Positions 1 through 8,063 of a DNA stretch of 24,000 nucleotides are shown piece after piece. Below the pieces are notes generated by a model that did no database searches, was not told the origin of the DNA, and was given only the letters and a program-made list of their open reading frames with translations. Made by a program: the position numbers and the translations under genes. The stretch is from Nanobdellota archaeon (GTDB lineage: Archaea; Nanobdellota; Nanobdellia; Woesearchaeales; UBA9642): positions 98,889 through 122,888 of the forward strand of contig JAKAKR010000014.1 of NCBI GenBank assembly GCA_021813435.1, given 5' to 3'. The number at the start of each line of letters is the position of its first letter. The stretch's first letter is position 1.

Positions 1-7
1 GACAACT

Positions 8-17
8 TTTATAAATA
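8..17 (+). promoter_or_regulatory. Archaeal TATA box (TTTATAAATA) for the ORF starting at 38
   Basis: TTTATAAATA lies about 25 nt upstream of the ATG at 38. The same motif and spacing recur before several other genes in the window, consistent with leaderless or short-leader transcripts. Confidence 0.5.
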
Positions 18-37
18 CCGTTTCCCCTATATCGCGC

Positions 38-520
38 ATGAGACAAAAAAGAGGCCAGTTTGCCTTAGAGTTCATTATGACCTATGGTTGGGCATTTCTC
101 GTCGTACTTATCGTGGTCTCGACCCTTGCGTATATGGGCGTATTCAACCCCTCGCAAGTCGCAAGCAGCAGATGCTTTTCCAAGACAGGGATCGCATGCA
201 TCGGCATGCCCCTTATCGAAAAAGACAAGGTCGCATTCACACTCAAGAATGGTCTTGGCATGAGTATACTCATCGATACCTCGCCGGGAAAAATTGATAT
301 GCCTGCGGCATGCAATGCAGTATATCTCTGTAATCAGGGCGATTTGACCTGCACCAACACCAGCCGCGCGATCAGTGAGGATGATGTATTCACAGTTGTC
401 AGTTATTGCAATCTTTCCACAGTGAACGATATCCATGAGGATTACACGCTCAAGTATACCAAGCCCCAGGGCGCGTTCGACTATCCTATGCTCGTCACGA
501 TTTCTGGAAGAGTATCCTAA
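38..520 (+). CDS. Class III (type IV pilin-like) signal peptide protein, secreted or surface protein
   Basis: The N-terminus MRQKRGQFALEFIMTYGWAFLVVLIVV matches the archaeal prepilin motif (basic residues, G-Q, ALEF.MTYGWA, hydrophobic helix). The mature part is Cys-rich and has N-x-S/T sequons (NTS, NLS). Confidence 0.8.
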   Translation: MRQKRGQFALEFIMTYGWAFLVVLIVVSTLAYMGVFNPSQVASSRCFSKTGIACIGMPLIEKDKVAFTLKNGLGMSILIDTSPGKIDMPAACNAVYLCNQGDLTCTNTSRAISEDDVFTVVSYCNLSTVNDIHEDYTLKYTKPQGAFDYPMLVTISGRVS

Positions 521-560
521 AGAAACACTCCGTAGAGCGTATTCTTCATTTAAAGAAACA

Positions 561-570
561 TTTATAAACC
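561..570 (+). promoter_or_regulatory. TATA box (TTTATAAACC) upstream of rps17e-alba
   Basis: The TATA-like motif is about 50 nt upstream of the ATG at 615. A GAGGT Shine-Dalgarno-like motif sits at 602-606. Confidence 0.4.
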
Positions 571-614
571 GCCGGTTATTTCTTGCACTATACAGCTACG
601 AGAGGTACTACGAT

Positions 615-803
615 ATGGGACGGATTAAGACAATGCTGATCAAGCGAACTACTGAAGAGACAATGGCAAAATACGCTGACGAGTTCACCGGGGACTTTGA
701 ACAGAATAAGAAGGTCCTCGACTCCAAGGTACGAATATCCTCAAAAAAGATGCGTAATGTCATTGCAGGATACGCAACCAGACTCAAGAAACAAGGCAGG
801 TGA
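615..803 (+). CDS. rps17e: 30S ribosomal protein S17e
   Basis: MGRIKTMLIKRTTEE...RNVIAGYATRLKKQ is a typical 62-aa archaeal S17e. The ORF-track start at 435 is an upstream extension with no conserved content and overlaps the preceding gene. Confidence 0.85.
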   Translation: MGRIKTMLIKRTTEETMAKYADEFTGDFEQNKKVLDSKVRISSKKMRNVIAGYATRLKKQGR

Positions 804-808
804 TTGCC

Positions 809-1102
809 ATGGACGATGTCGTAGATAAAGACAACACAGTCTTTGTGGGAACAAAACCTTTCATGAATTATGTGACGGGTCTTGTCATGCAGTTCACGAC
901 CAAGAATGCCGACGAAGTATTTCTCAAGGCACGCGGAAAGTTCATCAGCAAGGCAGTCGATATCTGCGAGGTCACGACCAAACGATTCTTAAAAGACCAG
1001 GTCAAGGTCTTTGATATCCGGCTCAATTCTGAAGAGTTCACGAATAAAGAAGGGCGCCTTGTGCGCGTCTCAACCATCGAGATCGTCATGCGAAAAGCAT
1101 AA
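809..1102 (+). CDS. albA: DNA/RNA-binding protein Alba
   Basis: VFVGTKPFMNYVTGLVMQF...EVFLKARGKFISKAVDICEV...RVSTIEIVM matches the Alba family. ATG 809 is preceded by GGTGAT (Shine-Dalgarno). The alternative GTG at 800 overlaps the S17e stop. Confidence 0.85.
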   Translation: MDDVVDKDNTVFVGTKPFMNYVTGLVMQFTTKNADEVFLKARGKFISKAVDICEVTTKRFLKDQVKVFDIRLNSEEFTNKEGRLVRVSTIEIVMRKA

Positions 1103-1179
1103 ATTATTTTTCTTTATTATTAATCATAGATTTCTAAGCAATAGCATCAATAAGAGAGCATCCTAAAATAGTACTGCGA

Positions 1180-1214
1180 AAAAAATTCATAGGATTGCAA
1201 GTGATGAATTTTTT
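1180..1214. repeat. AT-rich inverted repeat (11 bp arms, 13-nt spacer)
   Basis: AAAAAATTCAT (1180-1190) is the reverse complement of ATGAATTTTTT (1204-1214). It lies in the alba/tRNA-Arg intergenic region. Confidence 0.6.
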
Positions 1215-1324
1215 CATAAGAGAATGCTGCGAATGCGAGCGACGTGAACAAACACTGCAATGCGGGCAACTCGCGTTAACAAATTAAAAACTTTTTTAAA
1301 CAATCGATTATTTCATGCAGAAAC

Positions 1325-1399
1325 GGGCGCGTGGCTCAGCTTGGATAGAGCGACTGGCTTCGGACCAGTAGGTCGGGGGTTCGAATCCTCCCGCGCTCA
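1325..1399 (+). tRNA. tRNA-Arg (anticodon TCG)
   Basis: Manual cloverleaf: acceptor GGGCGCG/CGCGCTC, D stem GCTC/GAGC, anticodon stem ACTGG/CCAGT with loop CTTCGGA, T arm GGGGG-TTCGAAT-CCTCC, discriminator A. No CCA is encoded. A TATA-like TTTTTAAA lies about 28 nt upstream. Confidence 0.9.
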
Positions 1400-1400
1400 G

Positions 1401-1406
1401 TTTTTT
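1401..1406 (+). terminator. Oligo-T termination signal after tRNA-Arg
   Basis: A T6 run follows directly after the tRNA 3' end. Archaeal RNA polymerase terminates at oligo-T tracts. Confidence 0.4.
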
Positions 1407-1435
1407 ATTCTTTACATGTGGTGGCTTTTGGCATT

Positions 1436-1446
1436 AAAAATATAAA
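1436..1446 (+). promoter_or_regulatory. TATA box (AAAATATAAAG) for the ORF at 1468
   Basis: The motif is centred about 27 nt upstream of ATG 1468, giving a leaderless geometry. Confidence 0.4.
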
Positions 1447-1467
1447 GGGTTAAAGCAATAGGCCTGC

Positions 1468-2166
1468 ATGGTTCGCAAAGGACGCATTAATATACGGGAG
1501 TGGATAAAGCCGCTTGCAAATCTTGGAGTACTCAACAAACAGCAATTTCTTGAGATTGCCTCTGCTAACGACGACAAAGAGCAATTTCTGAGGAAGTATC
1601 ATCTGCCGCAATACCGCTATTTCGGTACAGTCAAGAGCGTTCCTGCATTGTTTCGTATTATTGAGCCGCAAGCGCGGAATGGGAGATTCTGGCTACGATG
1701 TATACCTGCAAAAACTAAAGTGAAAGTGATGACCTGCATTGACATGGGTTTTCATAACCTTCAAGAACAGATCACACTGATGAATAATAGTGGTGAAGTG
1801 TACCTGTTCCAGATTATTGAGTACATCAAGGGTACTCATGCAGGAACGATTATTGCAGATCACGGGAAGATTATCGGAGAATTATGGTGCGGCGATCATA
1901 TCGATCAGGATCGTATCTTCCGGGATGAATCATTTCGCCAGACTATCAATATTCCTATAGGAGAAACAGCATTCATGTATAGTAAAAATGCAACAGCCAG
2001 AGAACGTAGCATCATGATTGATGCATTGAAATTTTTCGCAAAAACACTCCATCCCAAAGACCTCGAACAACTCAAGTTATACGCAGATTATGTATATAAC
2101 CCTGACTGGGGATATATTTTTATTGATGGTTCAGAAAAAGATTTGTGGACAAACACCGGATTATAA
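1468..2166 (+). CDS. Hypothetical protein (232 aa)
   Basis: Long ORF with backbone-like composition and a TATA box at the correct distance. No family recognised. Confidence 0.6.
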   Translation: MVRKGRINIREWIKPLANLGVLNKQQFLEIASANDDKEQFLRKYHLPQYRYFGTVKSVPALFRIIEPQARNGRFWLRCIPAKTKVKVMTCIDMGFHNLQEQITLMNNSGEVYLFQIIEYIKGTHAGTIIADHGKIIGELWCGDHIDQDRIFRDESFRQTINIPIGETAFMYSKNATARERSIMIDALKFFAKTLHPKDLEQLKLYADYVYNPDWGYIFIDGSEKDLWTNTGL

Positions 2167-2191
2167 AATCGTAACGCGTACACGAATAGTA

Positions 2192-3154
2192 TCACTCATG
2201 CGCGCTTATCCTGTTCGAGTATTTCCCGCATTTGTCCCCGAAGTATGCAATCACTTTATGGTCCTGGTGGAATTCTACGACCTCGCAATGATTCGGACAG
2301 TCCTTGCAGGTGAAGCTTGTGGTCTTGAAGTTGTGGTGTGAGACGTCAAATCCCTTGAATTTACTCTTTGCCGTATGTGATTCGCGTGCAAGAAGCGCTG
2401 CGCCGATTGCGCCCATGACATTGAAGTGTACGGGAACAAGTACGTCATGCCCAAGGTGTTTACTGAACGCTCTTCTGATTCCGACGTTTGCTGCAACTCC
2501 GCCTTGAAAGACTACGGGTTTTTTTACGTCCTTGCCTTTTGCGACTGTTGCAAAATAATTGCGCACGAGCGCTTCGCAAAGTCCGTTGATGATATCATTG
2601 GTGGTGTATCCAAGCTGCTGCTTGTGGATCATGTCTGATTCTGCAAAGACTGTGCAACGCCCTGCGATGCGTACATCAGCGTTTGACTGGAGCGCGCGGT
2701 TGCCGAATTCCTCGATGGGAATACCGAGTCGTGATGCCTGCTGATCCAGAAAACTTCCTGTTCCTGCAGCACAGACATTGTTCATTGCAAAATCCGTGAC
2801 CACCCCATGCTCGAGGATGATGATCTTGGAGTCCTGCCCGCCGATCTCAATGATGGTGCGCGCATCTGGATGGAAATGCGTTGTTGCGACCGCGTGCGCA
2901 GTGATTTCGTTCTTGATGACATCAGCGCCGACCATTGCCGCGATAAGATAGCGCGCGCTGCCTGTCACTCCGACGCCATTGATGGTTGCGTTTGACGGGA
3001 GATGATGCTCGATCTCTTTGAGTCCTGCTTTTACTGAAGTGAGCGGGTCTCCGCGGGTGCGGATATAAGTTGTTGCAAGCACTGCATTCTTCTCATCAAT
3101 GAGCACCACATTGGTGCTTACTGAACCGACGTCGATTCCAAGATAGTATTCCAT
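2192..3154 (-). CDS. BcrAD/BadFG-family ATPase (2-hydroxyacyl-CoA dehydratase activase-like) with Cys-rich C-terminal tail
   Basis: YLGIDVGSVSTN (actin-fold phosphate-1). NNVCAAGTGSF and RCTVFAESD carry the two Cys that bridge the [4Fe-4S] cluster in HgdC-type activases. The C-terminal tail is CKDCPNHC...GDKCGKY. The ORF-track start at 3208 is GTG; ATG 3154 (MEYYLGIDVGS) or 3169 is more likely. Confidence 0.8.
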   Translation of the reverse strand: MEYYLGIDVGSVSTNVVLIDEKNAVLATTYIRTRGDPLTSVKAGLKEIEHHLPSNATINGVGVTGSARYLIAAMVGADVIKNEITAHAVATTHFHPDARTIIEIGGQDSKIIILEHGVVTDFAMNNVCAAGTGSFLDQQASRLGIPIEEFGNRALQSNADVRIAGRCTVFAESDMIHKQQLGYTTNDIINGLCEALVRNYFATVAKGKDVKKPVVFQGGVAANVGIRRAFSKHLGHDVLVPVHFNVMGAIGAALLARESHTAKSKFKGFDVSHHNFKTTSFTCKDCPNHCEVVEFHQDHKVIAYFGDKCGKYSNRISAHE

Positions 3155-3248
3155 TGTTTTCCCTTCCATATACGCGTAGTATGTGATATGAGCGTCGCAG
3201 TCGCTCACATTGTTATATGTTTTCGAAAGAAAAAGTTGTCATTTGTCG

Positions 3249-3295
3249 TGAAAATTAAAAAATTTTCAAGACATCTAGAAAATCTTTGATTTTCT
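3249..3295. repeat. Two adjacent perfect 8-bp palindromes with a related GAAAAT core
   Basis: TGAAAATT-aaaa-AATTTTCA (3249-3268) and AGAAAATC-ttt-GATTTTCT (3277-3295). Both lie in the 138-nt gap between the activase-related gene and the activase gene. Confidence 0.7.
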
Positions 3296-3346
3296 CGATG
3301 CAATTCCACAACTTTTTCATGATCGTGCATTTTTGGATGTTCGCCA

Positions 3347-4441
3347 TTAGACGGCGACGCTTTCATTTACAAGAGTCTTTTTTCCCTTCCGTAGTTTTAT
3401 TAAATCAACAAATGCCTCGATGCGTGTGGTGAATCCTGCATCTCCCGTCTGTTCATCGATGGGGAGGTATAGGATAGGGACGTGATAATCCTGTCCTACT
3501 TTAGGCAGGATGTTGCGGACAGTGATTTCCGGCATGCAATTGAATGGGTAGATCTGGATGATCCCATCATATCCTTCTTCAGCAAACCGGATGGCGTCCT
3601 TGATGGTGTCTTTTGCAAACGCTGCAACATTATGCCGCAGATATTTTTCTGCCTTGCCTTCAAGGACTATCTCGCTGGGTGAGAGCGATAATTTTCCGCC
3701 GAGGAGCGCGGAGATCTTTGTCCCCTGTCCGACGATGACGCCCATACTGAGCAATCGTTCATAAATATTGTTGTTGACTGTGCGCTCATTCAGGCAGTAG
3801 ATGTCTCCGATGACGCCGATCTTTACGAATCCTGTAGTATTGATTTTGGGGTAGCTGTCTGCGTCTTTTTTGAGCGAGCTGCCCATGCGCAGAAGCTTGG
3901 TGATCTTATCCGTATGCTTGATCTTATGCTCCCATTTGGCGTGAAAACGCTCGGCTTTTTTCTTTCCTGCAGCAATGTAGATTGCGCGGTAATAATCCAC
4001 GAGCGCATCATAGAGGAGCATTTTTTGTCGTCCGACAAGGAGTGCATTCGTGGTTTGGGTAAGAGTGAGTTTAGGATTGTAGCGGACAAATTGTGCGTGC
4101 ACCTTCTGCGGCTGGATGCTGGTCAATTCCACGAGTTCAAACTGTTTTCCGGTCTTTCGGGTGATATATTCTTGTGCTGCGCCGAAATCTGAGAGTTGGC
4201 AGGATACCTGTCCCCTGCCTGCAGGAGAGATATATACCTCTACACCCTGTTCAAGTCCCTGCATGAGCAGCCCCAGTGTGACCTTGAACGGAAAGCACGC
4301 AAATTCTGGGGCGTATAATACGCCACGACTGATGGTCGCATTGTTCGGGGCATGGGTTTGTATAGGCTCAAGTCCGATGAGTCGCATGAATGCGTCAGTT
4401 GCAATAGTCGAGTCGCCGATGCGCAGAAACATTGCTTTCAT
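3347..4441 (-). CDS. Acyl-CoA dehydratase activase-related protein (DUF2229/COG3581-like)
   Basis: 364-aa ORF whose start overlaps the upstream gene's stop by 4 nt (ATGA at 4438-4441). The tail PFNCMPE...DEQTGDAGFTTRIEAFVDLI parallels the upstream paralog's PFSCSSD...DEHSGDAGLVTRLEAFLDMI. Confidence 0.7.
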   Translation of the reverse strand: MKAMFLRIGDSTIATDAFMRLIGLEPIQTHAPNNATISRGVLYAPEFACFPFKVTLGLLMQGLEQGVEVYISPAGRGQVSCQLSDFGAAQEYITRKTGKQFELVELTSIQPQKVHAQFVRYNPKLTLTQTTNALLVGRQKMLLYDALVDYYRAIYIAAGKKKAERFHAKWEHKIKHTDKITKLLRMGSSLKKDADSYPKINTTGFVKIGVIGDIYCLNERTVNNNIYERLLSMGVIVGQGTKISALLGGKLSLSPSEIVLEGKAEKYLRHNVAAFAKDTIKDAIRFAEEGYDGIIQIYPFNCMPEITVRNILPKVGQDYHVPILYLPIDEQTGDAGFTTRIEAFVDLIKLRKGKKTLVNESVAV

Positions 4442-5385
4442 GAAGAGCCCCTCCGATCGATCATATCCAGAAATGCCTCAAGCCGGGTGACGAGTCCCGC
4501 GTCGCCCGAATGTTCATCAACAGTAATTGTCATGAACGGTTTTTGCGGGATGTGCGCTTCGATAAATTCCTTGACGAGTGAATCGCTTGAGCAGCTAAAT
4601 GGCGTCACATAAATGATTCCGTCAATATCTTTTGATCGCGCATAATAGAGTGCTGCAGCAAACACCCGATTGCCCAGGTTCCAATGGGTTTTCTTGCCGA
4701 GTTTTCCGAGGATGTTTTTGATCTGGTTCAGGGTGAGTACGTCTGAAGTGACGACCTTGATATTCTTTTTCTGCAATTTACTGATAAGTCCTGAACTGAT
4801 ATATTCATCATTGAAGACATAGGTATGTCCGATGACTGCGATGGTTCTTGTGCGCGGGTACTGCTGCTGTTTTCCTGCAAGCGCGTCTTCAAAGAGCCAT
4901 CCCTTCTTGATGCGACCATCAAAGGTGTGGTATTCCTTCAATGCCTTGCGGTACGCCGCGTATAATTCCACAGGATTCGGCTTTATCTGCATTGCAAGAT
5001 CGCGCAGCGCCTTGAACATGGTCGAGTATTTTGCATGCATATCAACATCAATAGTGAGGAGTTTGATTGGGATATTTGCCTTGACAAGGTCGGGCGAGCC
5101 GATGAGTTTTGGACAGATGTAGGATCCTTCCTGTGTCGAGATGATATACGGCAAAAAGATGTAGTCCACGCGGTCTTTGAGATCGATCACATGACCATAG
5201 AGGAGTTTGATAGGTAGGCAGAGTTCATTGTTGCTCGCAGAGAGTCCTGCATCAAGGATCTTCTTGTCTGTCTTTCTGCTGACAATAACTTCACAGCCGA
5301 TTTCCTCAAAGAATGTCTTGTAGAGCGGATAATAATCATAGAAGAATAATGCGCGCGGAATTCCGATGCGGATCTTTTTTGTCAT
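4438..5385 (-). CDS. Acyl-CoA dehydratase activase-related protein (DUF2229/COG3580-like)
   Basis: IGIPRALFFYDYYPLYKTFFEEIGCEVIVS...ELCLPIKLLYGHV is the characteristic N-terminus of this family. A TATA-like AATATTTATGAAT (minus-strand sense) lies about 30 nt upstream. Confidence 0.75.
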   Translation of the reverse strand: MTKKIRIGIPRALFFYDYYPLYKTFFEEIGCEVIVSRKTDKKILDAGLSASNNELCLPIKLLYGHVIDLKDRVDYIFLPYIISTQEGSYICPKLIGSPDLVKANIPIKLLTIDVDMHAKYSTMFKALRDLAMQIKPNPVELYAAYRKALKEYHTFDGRIKKGWLFEDALAGKQQQYPRTRTIAVIGHTYVFNDEYISSGLISKLQKKNIKVVTSDVLTLNQIKNILGKLGKKTHWNLGNRVFAAALYYARSKDIDGIIYVTPFSCSSDSLVKEFIEAHIPQKPFMTITVDEHSGDAGLVTRLEAFLDMIDRRGSS

Positions 5386-5493
5386 GACATCAATGCTAAT
5401 TGTGCGTATTCATAAATATTATGGTTTGTCGCTTCTTGATAGCAGGTATGGTTCATGAATAAGGGTATTACTTTTGATAGCATCAGTTGCGCA

Positions 5494-6156
5494 TCACTCA
5501 TTGTCGAATGTGATGTTTCCATCCAAATATACTCCTTTCTCGAGCTTTACTGGTCTCCAGGAGTCAAGGATGAGTTCTGCCCCAAGCCAGTCTGCAAGCG
5601 CTTGGGGATTGCCGATGGTCGCCGAAAGTCCGATGACCTGGATATTCTTGATGAGCATCTTGAGAAGCGTGATGATGATCTCAAGGGTCGGGCCGCGGCT
5701 GCTATCGTTTAAAAGATGGATCTCATCGATGATGACTACGCGGATTTTTTTGAGCCAGGGCGCTTGGTGCCTGATGAGTGAATCGAATTTTTCAGAGGTC
5801 GTGATGATAAGATCATACTTGTCAAGGTATGAATCATCGCTGTCAATATCCCCGGAGGTTATTGCAGTCCTGAATGCATGCATCTTTGAGAAGAACTTGT
5901 ATTTTTCTGTTGCAAGCGCGCGCAGGGGAACAATGTAGACGCATTTGCCCTTGTCATGAAAGATCGCATTCATGATTGCAAGTTCAGCGACAAGGGTCTT
6001 ACCGGATGCAGTGGGCGTGCAGATGAGCAGGCTCTTGTCCTCAAATACTCCCTTGTCGATTGCCTTGTATTGCGCAGGGCGCAGTGTCTGTATCCGCGGC
6101 TCTAGTTTTGCATAGATGGTTTTCGGGATCTTTGATCGGTATTTAGAGAGTTCCAT
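5494..6156 (-). CDS. Hel308/Ski2-like SF2 helicase, RecA1 domain only (truncated or split gene)
   Basis: Present: Q motif LRPAQYKAI, motif I TPTASGKT, Ia VPLRALATEK, Ib TTSEKFD, II DEIH, III SAT. The ORF stops about 40 aa after motif III. Motifs IV-VI and the C-terminal domains are absent, and the next gene is unrelated. Confidence 0.75.
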   Translation of the reverse strand: MELSKYRSKIPKTIYAKLEPRIQTLRPAQYKAIDKGVFEDKSLLICTPTASGKTLVAELAIMNAIFHDKGKCVYIVPLRALATEKYKFFSKMHAFRTAITSGDIDSDDSYLDKYDLIITTSEKFDSLIRHQAPWLKKIRVVIIDEIHLLNDSSRGPTLEIIITLLKMLIKNIQVIGLSATIGNPQALADWLGAELILDSWRPVKLEKGVYLDGNITFDNE

Positions 6157-6192
6157 GACATAACCTTACCTTTTGATCGTGTCTTGCGCGCA

Positions 6193-7947
6193 TTACATCT
6201 CCTCGATTGCTTCAAATCCGAGAAGATCCATGCCTGATTGCAGGACAAATCTGATGCAATAGATTAAGAGGAGTCTTGCCTTCATGACGTGTTCTTCAGC
6301 CGTAAGAATAGGATTTGCATGGTAGAATTCGTTGAACTGCTGGGTCAATCCGAGAAGATAATGGGCAATGGTTGATGGCTTGAATTCTTTGGCCGCATTC
6401 TCGACTACTTGCGGGTATTTTGCAAGAGTCTTGACAAGCTCAATCTCATTGGATTGTTGCAGGAGCGTTGCATCAGCATGCAGGACAAACTCTTCGATAG
6501 CCACGATCTCTTTTTCTTTAGCAAGTTTTCTGAAAATCGAATTGATCCGCGCGTAACTATACTCGATATAGGGTCCGGTCTCTCCGTCGAAACTGAGCCA
6601 TTCATCAAAATCAAATACGATGATTCTATTGGTGTCATATTTGAGCATTCCAAACTTTAATGCAGAATACATGATGATGCTTGCATTTCCGCGGATTTTC
6701 TCCGGGGACCAATCCGGATGACGTTTTTTGGTTTCTGATTCTAGTTTTGCAAGGACCTTTTCCTTTAAATCCTCGTAGAGTATGACATTTCCCTGGCGTG
6801 AGGCCATGGGACCGTTTTTGGTTGTTACAAAATCGTAGGCGATGTGGTGCATATCTTTCTTGAATCCCATGAGATCCAGTGTCTTGAATAACTGCTGGAA
6901 ATAGAACGACTGCCGGGTATCGACAACATAATAACTCTTGTCAATGTTAAACTGCTCGAATTTTTTTTGTGCAAGCGCAAGGTCCTTTGTAGCATACAGT
7001 GAGGTACCGTCGCTTTTCAGGACCAAAAAGACGTCAAGTTTGTAGGGTTTAAGATCGACGAGCAGTGCGCCCTCGCTTTCTGTGACAATGTGTTTTTCCT
7101 GGAGTTCCTTGACAATGCTTTTTCCTTCCTCTTCTTCTTCGCTTTCAAAGAAGTAGATGTCAAAATGCACTCCTAATTCATCATAGATGGATTTGAACTG
7201 TTGCAGTGACCATTCACGCGTCTCTTTCCAGAGTGCGATTGTTGCAGGATCCTTCTGTTCAAGTTTTTGCAAGATCTGTGAAACCTCCTCTTTTGCTCCG
7301 ACATCTTCATCGATAAGGCGTGAGGATTCTGCATAAATTCTGCCTAAATATTTCCCTCGATTGGCAGGAATCTCATCGTTTGCGTGATTGCGCAGGTAGC
7401 ACCACAATGTTTTTGCGACATGGCTACCCATGTCTCCGATGTAATTTGCGGCAATGACTGTGTATCCTAATTTGCAGTAGATGCGTACCAGGCTGTCCCC
7501 GATACTGATATTGCGCAAGTGTCCAACGTGAAATTCCTTATGGGTATTGGGCTGGCTGAATTCAATCATTACCCGTTCTTTTTGCTTTTCCCTTGCGCCA
7601 TACTGGTCTTTTTCCTTCATGATCTGTGCAAGGATAGTTTTGGTATAGATGCCTTTGTTGATAAAGAAGTTGAGGTAGGGACCATTACTGGTGATGAGCG
7701 TGAAATGCTGATGATCTTCGGCAATATTTTTCTTGGTGAGTTTTTCTGCGAGTTCCTGCGCAATTATCTGCGGTGATTTTTTCAATTGCTTTGCAAAGAT
7801 AAAACAGGGCACGGCATAGTCACCCAGTTTCGGGTCCGGAGGGCTCTCGATGATTCCAAGGATTGCCTTTTTTTCGACGTCCAGTTCCTTGTGCAGAAGT
7901 TCTGCGATTTTTTCAGTAAAATCCATGAGAGTCATGAAAAGTTGCAT
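6193..7947 (-). CDS. argS: Arginine--tRNA ligase
   Basis: Class I HIGH-type motif (NTHKEFHVGHLRN), N-terminal Arg-tRNA-binding-like region and C-terminal anticodon-binding region. Length of about 580 aa is typical. The true start may be ATG 7926 (MDFTEK), because a TATA box (7949-7958, minus-strand sense) abuts ATG 7947. Confidence 0.9.
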   Translation of the reverse strand: MQLFMTLMDFTEKIAELLHKELDVEKKAILGIIESPPDPKLGDYAVPCFIFAKQLKKSPQIIAQELAEKLTKKNIAEDHQHFTLITSNGPYLNFFINKGIYTKTILAQIMKEKDQYGAREKQKERVMIEFSQPNTHKEFHVGHLRNISIGDSLVRIYCKLGYTVIAANYIGDMGSHVAKTLWCYLRNHANDEIPANRGKYLGRIYAESSRLIDEDVGAKEEVSQILQKLEQKDPATIALWKETREWSLQQFKSIYDELGVHFDIYFFESEEEEEGKSIVKELQEKHIVTESEGALLVDLKPYKLDVFLVLKSDGTSLYATKDLALAQKKFEQFNIDKSYYVVDTRQSFYFQQLFKTLDLMGFKKDMHHIAYDFVTTKNGPMASRQGNVILYEDLKEKVLAKLESETKKRHPDWSPEKIRGNASIIMYSALKFGMLKYDTNRIIVFDFDEWLSFDGETGPYIEYSYARINSIFRKLAKEKEIVAIEEFVLHADATLLQQSNEIELVKTLAKYPQVVENAAKEFKPSTIAHYLLGLTQQFNEFYHANPILTAEEHVMKARLLLIYCIRFVLQSGMDLLGFEAIEEM

Positions 7948-8034
7948 GGTTATAAAGTTTGTTTTTATGCAATGATACTCCCTGCATTACGCAACACCGC
8001 ATATGACTACTTCTTGGTACTCAAGATAATAAGA

Positions 8035-8044
8035 TTTATAAAAC
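8035..8044 (+). promoter_or_regulatory. TATA box (TTTATAAAAC) for the ORF at 8064
   Basis: About 25 nt upstream of ATG 8064, leaderless geometry. Confidence 0.45.
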
Positions 8045-8063
8045 AGGATTTATTCCGAATATC

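Noticed and set aside
65-436. Antisense or alternative-frame ORFs inside confident genes (e.g. 65..436-, 2304..2507+, 3914..4192+, 5474..5938+, 8368..8769+, 10210..10632-, 19717..20043-, 21001..21402-, 23097..23570-)
   Set aside because: Each lies wholly within a longer ORF that has recognisable conserved motifs. The translations are low-complexity or Ser/Leu/Arg-rich mirror frames.
1201-1260. Possible C/D box sRNA (perfect C box GTGATGA at 1201-1207)
   Set aside because: No CTGA D or D' box, and no C' box, occurs at the required spacing downstream. The GTGATGA is part of the AT-rich inverted repeat.
1260-1445. 61-aa ORF overlapping tRNA-Arg
   Set aside because: It is fully explained by the tRNA-Arg gene on the same strand, and the translation is low-complexity with no coding signal.
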